Source: an uncultured Ruficoccus sp. (lineage in GTDB: Bacteria > Verrucomicrobiota > Verrucomicrobiia > Opitutales > Cerasicoccaceae). From it: 64,000 bases of DNA. Location: positions 160,001 to 224,000 of the forward strand of contig OZ223497.1 of assembly GCA_965140785.1 (NCBI GenBank), given 5' to 3'. The translations under genes were made by a program, and so were the position numbers. The notes under the pieces were generated by a model. It saw only the letters and a list, made by a program, of their open reading frames with translations. It was not told the origin of the DNA and did not search any database. Below are positions 28,624 through 39,130 of the stretch, piece by piece; within the stretch, counting starts at the first letter, position 1; each line of letters starts with the position of its first letter.

Positions 28624-30129
28624 TTATTGGGTGGGCGGTGTGACCAGGGCGTATTCGAGGTCAAGTATCTTGGCGATTTCGATGAGCTCTGAAGCGTGAT
28701 GACCGACCCCGAGCGCGAAATGGTGCGTGGGGCCTTCAGCGACCCAGCGTTTGAGGAAGGTTCTGACGTCGGGCTCAAACACGCCGTGGGTATTGGTATT
28801 GCCGGTGGGGGGGATTGGGCGACGCGCGGAAAAACCTTCGGCGATAACAAATTTAAAGCCGCCGGCAGGAGTCTGTCCGATACTGAGCATCGTAATCGGG
28901 CCTTCCTTGATTCGAAACTCCACACCTGCTCCGCTGCCGGGTTTGCCGTGGTATTTGGTCAGGCTTCGGATGACGGGTTTGCCGTCGGCGATGTTGATGT
29001 GGTGAGGGCCATCGTGCCCGACTAATACGCTGTCGAGTTTGAAGTCGATTGGATGAAACTCCGCGAAACTGCCTCCGATTTCCAGGCGGTCCATGATTAG
29101 CATGGCGATGCAGGTTTTCAGGTCGAACTCGCCGCACATGGGGAAACCACTACCGATGAGGAGTGAATTTGCCACGATGAGATTGGTTACCAGTGTATGT
29201 AATTCTGACTCGCGGTCCGCTTCGTAGTAGTAGGCGAAGCCGTCCATGTGTTTTTCTTTGATCAGGCCATCCAGTGCGACTCCTGCTTTGGCCGCGTTTT
29301 CCAGGTCGAGGGGGGTGAGTTTTCGTGTGATGGGGTCAGACTCCGGATCTGGAGTAGCGAAAAAGGAAAGGATGCGCTCCTTCCAGGATTCAATTGCCGC
29401 TGGATCCTGGTCGTGGTAGTGGCGCATGAGGTCGCAGGGTTCCACGAGGGTGACGTGTGCTCCGAAGGCGGCGGTAATAGCGGTGGGGTCGGTGTGCATG
29501 TCGAGCATGGATTCAAGTACATGCCCCATGAGCCCGATCCGTGCGGTACGCAGACTACGCAGGACCCGCGCTATGCCGCACCAGTGTTTGATTTCCTCGT
29601 CCGCTTGCGGATCATCCTTTTCGTGTCCGAGAATGACGGGAGGAGGATTGCGCCCGAAGCGAATGGCGACACCTGTGAACTCTGGTACTGAGCAGAAGTC
29701 GTCGTTGCAAAGCTGCATGAACGTTGTTCCCCTGGCATAGTCCATGGCTTCAAGCGGCTGCAAGGCTACCAGTACAATGGGTGCGTCAATTTCCCGGCAT
29801 AGCACGCCGAAGGTGGAAGAGGTTCCATAGGTAACCATGTCCACGAATAAAATGTCTATGTCGGATGCCTTGATTTGAGGAACTATTTTATAGGCCTGTT
29901 GGGCATTATCCACCATGCCGAATTCGGCGACCTCAACTCTGTTTTTGATGAGCTTGTCTTTCAGGCAGCCTAGCTTGCGGTGCATTTCATCCATGAGCCC
30001 CTCGAATTGCGGCCAGTATACATGGTGGCCTATGCCCAGGAGTCCGATTCGGGCGCGCAACGGGTTGATGCGGGCCATGGGCTTTTTTTTGAGGAGGGCG
30101 GTTTCGGTTTCTTTGGTAATCGTGATCAT
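28624..30129 (-). CDS. L-fucose/L-arabinose isomerase family protein
   Basis: GEFDLKT, GGSFAEF, GHDGPHH and EGPTHHFALGVGH motifs; start uncertain (30159/30129/30078). Confidence 0.85.
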   Translation of the reverse strand: MITITKETETALLKKKPMARINPLRARIGLLGIGHHVYWPQFEGLMDEMHRKLGCLKDKLIKNRVEVAEFGMVDNAQQAYKIVPQIKASDIDILFVDMVTYGTSSTFGVLCREIDAPIVLVALQPLEAMDYARGTTFMQLCNDDFCSVPEFTGVAIRFGRNPPPVILGHEKDDPQADEEIKHWCGIARVLRSLRTARIGLMGHVLESMLDMHTDPTAITAAFGAHVTLVEPCDLMRHYHDQDPAAIESWKERILSFFATPDPESDPITRKLTPLDLENAAKAGVALDGLIKEKHMDGFAYYYEADRESELHTLVTNLIVANSLLIGSGFPMCGEFDLKTCIAMLIMDRLEIGGSFAEFHPIDFKLDSVLVGHDGPHHINIADGKPVIRSLTKYHGKPGSGAGVEFRIKEGPITMLSIGQTPAGGFKFVIAEGFSARRPIPPTGNTNTHGVFEPDVRTFLKRWVAEGPTHHFALGVGHHASELIEIAKILDLEYALVTPPTQ

Positions 30130-30721
30130 GGACGTTCTTTTATTGGCTAGGAAATGCACATCGGCAGTTCGTCCTCGGTTGTTGTTGAAGGCTGGTGTTG
30201 GTTTTCTCGCTTTCGTATGTGCCTGTATGCGGTTTCAGGGACGGATTGTTTTAGCCGTGACGATGGGCACCGGACTCTCCTGGAGAGAGTTCGTTTTTAG
30301 GTATGGCCTACTGTTTACTAATGGCAAGCAAATAAATGCATTCAAGGGGTACTCTGTTATTCCTTTTATTATTTAGCTTTGTGGGGATATTTGATGATTT
30401 ACTGGGCATTTATTTAAACATAAATTGAAAAATTGTTTAAATTATACAAACAAGTGGGCTATTTGGTAAGACTGCGCGGTGGATGCCGCTTGCCTTAAGT
30501 CAACCTGTTCTGTCGGTTTCCTTGGCATGGCGATTTCTCTCTCGCAATGATGGTGGGGTAATTATGGCTGCTACCCGATAAATCTCCCCGGGCGTGCCGT
30601 CTGATAGGGCTGTTTGGGTGGTCCTGTTGGGGCTGACCCTTTCGGTTTGACCGTGTCCACGTAAACTGGTCCGCTTGCAAAGTTAGTCTGAGTGCTTAGA
30701 AAGGACTCAGACGATGAAAGG

Positions 30722-31739
30722 CACCCGAAGATACCTTCCGCGACCCGGGAGCGCATCGCCCGACTGGCTGAGAAGCTCGGGTACCGCCCGGACCCGTAGC
30801 GCTCAAAGCTGATGGCGGCGATCAGCTCCCCCAAGCCGTTGGGAGTGGCGTTGGGCTTCATTCGCAGCGGCTCGACGAGGGACTGGGATCCGATTGAAAA
30901 AATCTTTCACGACGAAATCCAGCGCGAGGCCGATGCCAGCGGTTACCGCCTGGAATCCTTCTGGCTATTTAATCCCCTGAGCACGCCGGAGAAAGTCAAT
31001 GCGACGATGTGGAACCGCGGCATCGAGGGACTCGTCATCCCCATGATCCACCCGCGGCAGTACCATGACCAACTGCGCACCCTGCCGATCCAGTGGGACA
31101 AGTTCTGCGCGGTGGAGATCGCCGATACTCTGCACGAGCCGAAGCTCAACGGCATTCGGCACAATCACTTCGGCGGCATGCTCCAGACCCTCAGCGAACT
31201 GGAGGCTCTTGGCTATCGGAGAATCGGCCTGTGTATGATCTCGGACCTGCAATTACGTACGCACCACAGGTGGACAGCCGCCTACCTGCTGTGGAAAACC
31301 ATGCGTGGGCTGACGGACGATCTGCCGATGCTTTTCCCTCCCGAACTCGAGTCCGGGCAGATTTGCGACTGGGTCGAGCGCCACGACCTCGACGCCGTCG
31401 TTAGCCCTGGGATCGAAGTCCTCGCCATGCTACGCGAGCGCGGCGTGCGCGTCCCGCAGGATGTCGGTTTTGCTACTCTCCACCAGTGGGGCGAAGGCTC
31501 GGAGAACGTCACCGGGATCAACCAGAACATGCCCGCGCAGGCGAAGATCGCCATCGACATGCTGATCGGCCTGATTTACCGCCGAATCCTTCGGTGTGCC
31601 TTCACACCCGATCATCGCGACGGACCCGGGCTACTGGCACATCGGTACCACTACCCGGCGTGCCCGACGCAGTCATCAGGTCGCCTATTTGGATAATGAG
31701 CGGCTCACCCGCGATATTGTACTAAATGCCTCTGAGTAG
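30722..31739 (+). pseudogene. LacI-family regulator pseudogene
   Basis: HPKIPSATRERIARLAEKLGYRPDP* (TAG 30797); HTH start missing; frameshift near 31584 before GVPSHPII..PGYW. Confidence 0.8.
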
Positions 31740-32040
31740 TGAGACTTCGATATTAGCCGACTTCGATTAACCTCGCTTGTTGATTCCGGAGTAGTTGTTT
31801 AGGCAAGATCATTGTTAAGCTGGCTCCAAGCACTCCTTACCTCAATGCCTACTCTGAGATGCCGAACCATTGGTTGGACATTACCACAAAGAACGCCCGT
31901 ACGAAGGCCTGGAAATAACCTGATCGATTTTCCCGAGCAGCCTAAAAGCTTTGGGCGACTCTGCTGCGAGAGGGTTTACCGAAAAGTTCTGCTTTCGAGG
32001 GAGAGTGCGCTATGTTGGCCGCGTCGTTCTGTCTGACCGC

Positions 32041-33513
32041 TTACTCAGAGATCAGATTCGCCGTTATTCTCCCGCTTTCGAAAATGGTGGGCAGTCCGCT
32101 GCCGGGGTGGGTGCCGCCGCCGACGAGATAACAGTTGTCCACTTCTTCGAACTTATTCCGGGGGCGGAAATAGAGCATCTGCGGCAGTGAGTGGGCGAGA
32201 TTGAAAGTCGCCCCGTCATAGACCCGGAACTGGTCGCGCCAGTCGGCAGGGGTGACGATTTTTTCCGTGGTGATGTGCTTGCGCAGGTCGGTCATCCCGC
32301 AGCGGGTTTCCAGCAGTTGGAGCGTCTGTTCGCGTATCCGCTGTTTGGCACTGGCCCAGTCGGTGCCGCTGCGGCAGTTGGGCATCGGCACGAGCACGTA
32401 CACCGCGCTGTGTCCGGCGGGGGCCAGCGTGGGATCGGTGATGGAGGCGTTGCGCACGTAGATCGAGAGATCGTCCGGAACTTCGTTGCCGAAGATCTGG
32501 CGGACGTTTTTCGCATAGTCCTCGGCGAAGAAAATCGTGTGGTGCGGCAGCTTTTCGTAGAGCTTGTCCACCCCGAGGTAGAGCATGAAGGTCGAGCAGG
32601 ACACGCCCATGCCGGCAAGCTTCTGCGGGGTGAATTTCTTGATCACGCCCTCGGGAAAAAGGTGGCTGGCGGCCCAGCCGAAGTCGGCGTTGATGATGAC
32701 CTCGTCGTGGCGCTCCAGGCTCCCGTCGGCCAGCCGCACGCCCTTGACCGAGCCCTTGACCACCTCCAGCTGAGCCACGTCGGTCGAGAGGCGGATTTTT
32801 GCGCCGAGTTTTTGTGCGGCCCGGGCGATGCCGGCGGAGATCTCGCTCAGCCCACCTTTGACATGATACACACCGAAGGCGTACTCGATGTATGCGAGCA
32901 TGGCGAAAAAGCCCGGACACTCCCACGGGGACATGCCGAGATATTTGCTCTGAAAGGAAAAGGCCACCGCGAGCTGATCCTCGCCGAAGTAGCCCTTGAG
33001 CACGTCGAAGACGGACCGCCGCCCGAGGACATCGGGGATCAGGCGCATCGTCCGCTGGTTGATCAGGTCGGTGAAGCGCAGGTAGGGCCGCTGAAGGCAG
33101 GGGGCGATCCGGTCGAAGCGCGCTTTCTCCGCCTTCATAAAGCGATCGACACCGAGCTCGGCACCGGGGTAGCGCGCGGCGATCTGGGCCTTTGCCCGTT
33201 CCAGGTCACGCGTGGCATCGTAGGTAAACCCGTCGGCGAATTGGAGTCGGTACATCGGGTCCAGCTCCATGAACTCGATCCAGTCGGAGCTGTTCTGGCC
33301 CGCCTCGGAGAAAATCTCGTCCAGGAGATACTTCATCATGAGAAAGGTCGGGCCGATGTCGAAGCTGTAGGCATCGAGCATGAACTTGCCGTTGCGTCCA
33401 CCGACCTGCTTGCCGCGCTCGTACACGGTGACGTCCATGCCCCGGCTGGCCAGCAGCAGGGCGGAAATGAGTCCGCCTGGTCCGGCGCCTACGATACCTA
33501 TGCGTTTAGTCAT
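32041..33513 (-). CDS. crtN: Phytoene desaturase family, CrtN-like diapophytoene desaturase
   Basis: GAGPGG FAD motif, FDIGPT, YLGMSP, VGGGTHPGSGLPTI; context with crtO/crtQ/crtP. Confidence 0.75.
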   Translation of the reverse strand: MTKRIGIVGAGPGGLISALLLASRGMDVTVYERGKQVGGRNGKFMLDAYSFDIGPTFLMMKYLLDEIFSEAGQNSSDWIEFMELDPMYRLQFADGFTYDATRDLERAKAQIAARYPGAELGVDRFMKAEKARFDRIAPCLQRPYLRFTDLINQRTMRLIPDVLGRRSVFDVLKGYFGEDQLAVAFSFQSKYLGMSPWECPGFFAMLAYIEYAFGVYHVKGGLSEISAGIARAAQKLGAKIRLSTDVAQLEVVKGSVKGVRLADGSLERHDEVIINADFGWAASHLFPEGVIKKFTPQKLAGMGVSCSTFMLYLGVDKLYEKLPHHTIFFAEDYAKNVRQIFGNEVPDDLSIYVRNASITDPTLAPAGHSAVYVLVPMPNCRSGTDWASAKQRIREQTLQLLETRCGMTDLRKHITTEKIVTPADWRDQFRVYDGATFNLAHSLPQMLYFRPRNKFEEVDNCYLVGGGTHPGSGLPTIFESGRITANLISE

Positions 33514-33574
33514 AAATGTTTGTGAAAGTTATAGATAAGGATTTTCAAGTGATAAGCAAAGTCTATCCGGACCC

Positions 33575-34075
33575 TCAGGGTGATGGCGACCCGGAGATGG
33601 CCGGGGCGCGGGGGCGTTCCGGCAGCCGTACGATCCGCAGGCGGGTGTAGCGCAGGTTGACGATGCAGGGCAGGTTGGAGGCCAGGGAGTAGGCGAGGAT
33701 AATCAGCAGGGCGGGCCAGGGCGTCCAGGCGACGAACCCGGCGATAACGGCCATCTGGCACCAGTGCGAGAACTCGCCGCGGCAGGTTTCGCGGCTGTAG
33801 GCGTGCAGGTAGGCCGGGTCCGAAGCGAGCAGCTTTTTTTTCGGAAAACCACCGAACCAGCTGGCCGCATCGGGCAAGAGGTGCTTCCAGGCGCGTACGT
33901 GGAGGCAGCGCTCGTAGCAGGCGGCTTCCCAGGTAGCGGTGGAAAAGAAGCGGCGATGGCGTTCGAAAAACGTGGCCGGCAGCCGCGTCGCCAGCCACGA
34001 CAGGCCCAGATGCGCACAGAGGATGCCCCCGATATTGACCCCGTAAAGCCAGGCTGTGGGCAGTTCAATGAACAT
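33575..34075 (-). CDS. crtO: Glycosyl-4,4'-diaponeurosporenoate acyltransferase
   Basis: VRAWKHLLPD, ETCRGEFSHW and NLPCIVNLRYTRLR match the CrtO family pattern. Confidence 0.8.
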   Translation of the reverse strand: MFIELPTAWLYGVNIGGILCAHLGLSWLATRLPATFFERHRRFFSTATWEAACYERCLHVRAWKHLLPDAASWFGGFPKKKLLASDPAYLHAYSRETCRGEFSHWCQMAVIAGFVAWTPWPALLIILAYSLASNLPCIVNLRYTRLRIVRLPERPRAPAISGSPSP

Positions 34076-35171
34076 GGCGGCCTTTCCAGAGCGTACCGGC
34101 CCGGCGGCCTGGCATCAGTGCCGTGAAAAACAGGGCCTGATAAAACAGCAGCGGGACCGGATAGAACACCGCCGTCCAGATCGAATAGGCCCCAACCAGA
34201 CGGAAGCTCCAGGCACACTGGACGGCATACAGCCCGTAGGCCAGCAGGGCGGTGAGGATGTAGGCCGGGGAGGGATTCACGACGGACAGCAGGAGCAGGG
34301 CCACCATGGCCGTCATCGCCCCGGTGATCCAGGCCGAGCACAGGGCCAGCGGCAGTCCGGCGGTGGCGGACGCCCCGGAGAGAAACCCCTTGGACCATCC
34401 CCGCCACAGAGAGCGCAGGCTCTCCGGGTACATGCGCATGCGGATCGTTTCCCGGCCCAGGTAGCAGACGCGTCCGATGCCTTGCCGGGAAAACGCCTCG
34501 GCCAGGTAAAGGTTTTCCAGTACGTGGTTTTTGACCGTTTCGTGGCCGCCGACCTGATTGTAGTTATCTTTGGATACGAGCAGACACTGGCCGAAAAGCG
34601 CCCCCGCGCCCCCGATGCCAAAGGCCCCCGCGCCGGCCACCATGCACAGGTTGAAAAAAGCGGACAACTGCTCGTGGGTCCGGCTCAGGCTGTGGTAAGG
34701 ACAAACGGAATAGGCGGCTGCCGCGTTGGCGGTGAGCGCGGTGAGTTTGTTCATCGCATCGGGTTCCAGCTCCGTGTCCGCGTCCAGAAACAGCAGCCAG
34801 GGGGCGGCGGCGGCGCGGGCTCCCTGAAAGCAGGCCCACGGCTTGCCGCGCCAGTCCGGGGGAAGGGCTTGGCCACTGAGGACGGTGGCTCCCTTTTCGC
34901 GGGCGATAGCGGCGGTCTTGTCGGTCGAGCCGTCGTCCACGACGATTATTTCCCGCGGGCGGAGGGATTGCGCATGGAGCGAGTCCAGCAACCGCCCGAT
35001 GACGTCCTCCTCGTCGCGAGCGGGAATGATAATGGAAATCCCTGCGTCCGTCGCGCCCGTGTCTGGGCTCACGGCGTCCGCTTCGGGTACCTTTCGCGGT
35101 CGTCCCAGCACCAGCCAGAGACTGGGCCACAGGAGCAGGGCGAGGGCGGGGATCACAAAGAGCATGGGCAA
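34065..35171 (-). CDS. crtQ: GT2 glycosyltransferase, 4,4'-diaponeurosporenoate glycosyltransferase-like
   Basis: IIPARDE, VDDGSTD, WRGKPWAC, FLDAD, RMYP..GWSK; C-terminal TM helices. Confidence 0.78.
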   Translation of the reverse strand: MPMLFVIPALALLLWPSLWLVLGRPRKVPEADAVSPDTGATDAGISIIIPARDEEDVIGRLLDSLHAQSLRPREIIVVDDGSTDKTAAIAREKGATVLSGQALPPDWRGKPWACFQGARAAAAPWLLFLDADTELEPDAMNKLTALTANAAAAYSVCPYHSLSRTHEQLSAFFNLCMVAGAGAFGIGGAGALFGQCLLVSKDNYNQVGGHETVKNHVLENLYLAEAFSRQGIGRVCYLGRETIRMRMYPESLRSLWRGWSKGFLSGASATAGLPLALCSAWITGAMTAMVALLLLSVVNPSPAYILTALLAYGLYAVQCAWSFRLVGAYSIWTAVFYPVPLLFYQALFFTALMPGRRAGTLWKGRHVH

Positions 35172-36671
35172 TCAACTCAAGGGGTGCGCGGCGGCGACTC
35201 TGTCCGCGACTTTTTGCCCGCACAGCACGACCATGGGCATCCCGCCGCCGGGGTTGACGCTGCCGCCGGTGAAGTAGAGGTTGCGGTACCGGGAACTGGT
35301 CTTGGGCGCCTTGAAGCCGTGGTTCAGGCGCCAGTCCGTGACCACGCCGTAGATGGAACCGCGGTTGGAGCGGTAGCGGCGCTCGATGTCCACCGGCGTC
35401 ATAAAGTCCTCCGTGATGATGTGCTGGCGCAGGTCTTTGAGGCCGCAGCGCTCCATCTTGTCGAGCATGCGCTCGCGCAGGGCCAGATAGTCCGCGTGGG
35501 TGATACCCGAGTCCGGGTCCAGCGGGGGGATGTGCGGAAGGATTTTTATGTTGTCGCACCCGGCGGGGGCTTTGGAAGGATCGGTGCGGGTGGGGGCGAC
35601 GACGTAGAGCGTGGGATCTTCGGGCAGCTGGTGCTTTTGAAAAACGCTCTGGAAGTGCTTGTGCTGGTTTTCCGAGTAGAAGAAATTGTGATGGGCCAGC
35701 TCGGGATAAATCTTGTCCGTGCCGATGTGCAGGACGAGGCCCGAGCAGGCGGGCTGGAACTTTTTCAGCTTGCGCATAAAGCGTGGCGCCTCGCCCAGCA
35801 GGTGCTCGTAGCAGGGGATGACCTCCATGTTGCTGACCACGATGTCGAAGGCGCGCCGCTCGCCTCCGGTCAGTTCCAGCGAGGTGACGGTTTTGCCGGT
35901 TTTATGCAGGCGACTGATCTCGGCGTTGAGGTGCACGGGGATGTCCAGCTCCTGCAGCAGCCGTTCGAGGCCGCGGGCCAGCTCGTACATGCCGCCGCGC
36001 ACATACCACAGGCCGTAGTCGAACTGGATGATCGGCATGAGGTTCATATAGCCGGGGGCGTCCAGGGCCGAGGAGCCGACATACTTGATAAAATACTCGA
36101 AAATGCTGCGCAGCTTCGGATGGGTGAAGAAGCGGGCGATGGAGTCGCTCATGCGGCGGCGGTAGTCGATCTTTGACCCGATCTTGAAGAGGCCGTAGAA
36201 GCGGATGAACTCCCACAGGTTGTCCAGACCCTTGTCGAAGTACCCGGCCTCGGTGATGGCGTATTGCTCCCGGCCGTAGTCGAGGAAGCGTTGCAGCTCC
36301 TGCCAGTGTTGGTCCGGCTCGCCATCGAGTTTTTCCAGCTCCTGGCGCATCCGGCTCTGCTCCTGATAGAGATCCAGCACGGTGCCGTCCTCGAAAAAGT
36401 TTCGCCACTGCGGCTCGACGGGCTCCAGTTGGACATAGTCGCGCATCTGTCGACCGGCGCGGGCGAAGAGTGACTCGAAGTACTGCGGCAGCGTGAAGAT
36501 GGACGGCCCGAGGTCGAAGGTGAAGCCGTCTTTCTCCAACAGGTTGAGTTTTCCTCCGATGTGGTCATTCTTCTCGAAGATTTCCACCTCGTAACCTTTT
36601 GACTTGAGAGCGATCGCGGCAGATAATCCACCAAGTCCGGCTCCAATGACTGCAATTCTCTGTGGCTTCAT
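35172..36671 (-). CDS. crtP: Diapolycopene/diaponeurosporene oxygenase (CrtP/CrtNb)
   Basis: GAGLGG, FDLGPSI, FIKYVGSS, NRGSIYGVV, GGSVNPGGGMPMV; likely ATG 36671. Confidence 0.82.
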   Translation of the reverse strand: MKPQRIAVIGAGLGGLSAAIALKSKGYEVEIFEKNDHIGGKLNLLEKDGFTFDLGPSIFTLPQYFESLFARAGRQMRDYVQLEPVEPQWRNFFEDGTVLDLYQEQSRMRQELEKLDGEPDQHWQELQRFLDYGREQYAITEAGYFDKGLDNLWEFIRFYGLFKIGSKIDYRRRMSDSIARFFTHPKLRSIFEYFIKYVGSSALDAPGYMNLMPIIQFDYGLWYVRGGMYELARGLERLLQELDIPVHLNAEISRLHKTGKTVTSLELTGGERRAFDIVVSNMEVIPCYEHLLGEAPRFMRKLKKFQPACSGLVLHIGTDKIYPELAHHNFFYSENQHKHFQSVFQKHQLPEDPTLYVVAPTRTDPSKAPAGCDNIKILPHIPPLDPDSGITHADYLALRERMLDKMERCGLKDLRQHIITEDFMTPVDIERRYRSNRGSIYGVVTDWRLNHGFKAPKTSSRYRNLYFTGGSVNPGGGMPMVVLCGQKVADRVAAAHPLS

Positions 36672-36725
36672 GAAATAGGCGATTGTCAAGCGACCGGACA
36701 ATAGCCCGAAAATGACAAAAATCCA

Positions 36726-38105
36726 ATGCCCGGAACAGTTTGTAGTAAAATAACTCAGGAGGCAGCTCGACGGCTGGAGAGCCAGCGTGCATTTTTCCAG
36801 GCGGGCCGTACCCGGGATCTTGCGTGGCGCTGCGCGAGCCTGAAGCGGCTGGAGGAGGCGCTGGCGCGACGCACGGATGACGCTCTGGCCGCACTCGCCC
36901 AGGATCTGGGTAAACCGGCGACGGAGGCTTACCTGTCGGAGATTTATTTTCTACAGCAGGAGATTCAGCGAACCCGCAAGCGTCTCAAGCGCTGGCTGAA
37001 GCCCCGGCGCAAGCCTAACCCGCTGTATTTTTTTCCCATGACAAGCCGGGTGCAACTGGAGCCCTACGGCTGCGTGCTGGTCATGGCCGCCTGGAACTAT
37101 CCGCTCCAGCTCGCACTGGCGCCGGTCATTTCCGCCGTGGCGGCCGGAAACACTGTCATCCTCAAGCCCTCCGAGTCGGCCAGCGCCACTGAGCGCCTGC
37201 TGGTCGAGCTGGTGACCGACTGCTTTGAGCCGGAACATGTGTCGGTGGTGACCGGGGGTGCCGAGGTGGCGGAGGCATTGACCGGGCTGAATTTCGATTT
37301 CATTTTTTTCACCGGCAGCGAACGGGTGGGCAAGCTCGTCGCCAGCCGTGCTGCCGCCCGCATGATCCCGTGCGTGATGGAGTTGGGGGGTAAGTGTCCG
37401 TGCGTCGTTGACGAGACCGCCACCCCGGCTGTGGCGGCGCGGCGCATCCTCACCGGTAAGCTCTTCAACGCCGGGCAGACCTGCTTTGCGCCGGACTTCG
37501 TCGTCGCGCATGAGTCCTGTTATGAGGAACTCGTCCGTGAGATGCAGCGCCTCCTGAGCGAGGGACGCTGGGAGCATGAGCTTGCGCGGCTGGTGAACCG
37601 GGAGCACTACGAGCGGGTCAAGAGTCTCGCCGGGTCTGAGGCCCTCGTCTATGGCCGGGACGAGCCGGAGGCGCTGCGGCTGGCTCCGCGTCTGATTCTG
37701 CGCCCGGCGTGGTCGCACGCGTGCATGCGGGAGGAGATTTTCGGCCCCGTGCTTCCGGTGCTGGCTTATGCGGATACGGGTGAACTGATCCGGCAGCTCC
37801 GGCAACTTTCTGCGCCCCTGGCGCTCTACTGTTTTTCGCGCCGGAAAGATTTTATTTCGATGCTGACGCGCTCGCTGCGCTCCGGCAGCGTGTGTCTCAA
37901 CGACACGATGAAACAGGCGGCAAACCTGGATCTGCCCTTTGGCGGGGTGGGGGCCAGCGGCTACGGGCGCTACCGCGGCGAGGCGGGGGTAGAGGCTTTC
38001 AGCTACCGGCGCAGCATCGCCCGGCGCTATTTTCTACCGGACCCGTTCGGGCTCATGCCCCCTTACGGAGATAAAATCCGTTTACTGCGGCGCTGGCTGA
38101 AGTGA
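36726..38105 (+). CDS. aldH: Aldehyde dehydrogenase (AldH/CrtNc-like)
   Basis: WNYP, LKPSE, FTGS, ELGGKCP, NAGQTC, EEIFGP, PFGGVGASG; divergent from crtP. Confidence 0.8.
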   Translation: MPGTVCSKITQEAARRLESQRAFFQAGRTRDLAWRCASLKRLEEALARRTDDALAALAQDLGKPATEAYLSEIYFLQQEIQRTRKRLKRWLKPRRKPNPLYFFPMTSRVQLEPYGCVLVMAAWNYPLQLALAPVISAVAAGNTVILKPSESASATERLLVELVTDCFEPEHVSVVTGGAEVAEALTGLNFDFIFFTGSERVGKLVASRAAARMIPCVMELGGKCPCVVDETATPAVAARRILTGKLFNAGQTCFAPDFVVAHESCYEELVREMQRLLSEGRWEHELARLVNREHYERVKSLAGSEALVYGRDEPEALRLAPRLILRPAWSHACMREEIFGPVLPVLAYADTGELIRQLRQLSAPLALYCFSRRKDFISMLTRSLRSGSVCLNDTMKQAANLDLPFGGVGASGYGRYRGEAGVEAFSYRRSIARRYFLPDPFGLMPPYGDKIRLLRRWLK

Positions 38106-38112
38106 GGTGCGC

Positions 38113-38748
38113 CTACTTGGTCAGCTTGCCGTATTCGGAGTCCGGGGCGAGGCGGTGGCAGTCGGCCTTCAACTGCTCGGCTCCGGGCATGTCCGCGTCT
38201 TCATAGCTAAGGTAGGCGTAGTAGAGGATCGCCTGCCGTTCGCTGAGGGTCAGGTCGCTCTTGCCGTCACGGGCGATCGGCACCAACTGCTGAAAGTCGG
38301 CCAGGGCGACAGGCCGCTTGTCGAAGCGCTCGGGAAGCTTGTACAAGCTGATGGCCCGGATCATCCGGACGCGGGGATTATCGGGCGCTTCCGCGACCGC
38401 TTCGTTCATGAGCTGATCGGCCCGCTCCAAATATTCGAGCTTGGTCATGCCCCAGAAACTCTCCTTGGCCCGCAGGGCACACGTACTGCCCAGATAGACT
38501 TTGGCCAGCGAATCTTCCGGGTGGAGCCGGAGTTGCTCCTCGAATTTCTCAATGCACACATCAATCTCGTCCACATCGCCCTGAAGAGCCGCTTCATGCC
38601 AGGCGCGATACTGGTTGAGCGGCTCCGAAGCGTCGGCGGGCGTAGCTATTGTGTTTATTTGGACTCCCAGCAAAAGCACTAAAGCCGCAAGGAGTCTGCG
38701 AGTCGGGTGTAATGATGCGCTTCTTTGTGATGTTGAAAATGCAATCAT
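38113..38748 (-). CDS. Secreted TPR-like protein
   Basis: Signal peptide; helical repeats (AKVYLGS.., AVAEAPDNPRVRMIRA). Confidence 0.7.
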   Translation of the reverse strand: MIAFSTSQRSASLHPTRRLLAALVLLLGVQINTIATPADASEPLNQYRAWHEAALQGDVDEIDVCIEKFEEQLRLHPEDSLAKVYLGSTCALRAKESFWGMTKLEYLERADQLMNEAVAEAPDNPRVRMIRAISLYKLPERFDKRPVALADFQQLVPIARDGKSDLTLSERQAILYYAYLSYEDADMPGAEQLKADCHRLAPDSEYGKLTK

Positions 38749-39130
38749 AGGCTTATGGGCGCAGTGTAAATCGTTACCATTTGGGTAACATTATCGATTT
38801 CATGGCGGAGTCAAGGGACAGGGGGGAAGTATTGATGTACTCAAGGTCCAACCATTTCTCGGACGGCGAAAAGCGCTTTAGCAGAGTGGCCTGATACAAG
38901 GGTGGTTTCTGCATTGGATTGTCGTAAAACTCATGCAGCCCGGTTGATGACTTTCCGGTACTTCTCTACCGAAAAGCCCGTCATCTAGGCATAAAAAAGC
39001 CTTCTCTATCAGGAGAGCTGGCAAGTATTGATGGAGCCGATCAGGATCAATCGTGGCGCTTGAGGCTGTGCGGGAGTTGTTGGAGAAGGTCGAATCGCTT
39101 TTACTTTTGCCGATGCATCTTTAGTCTGCG

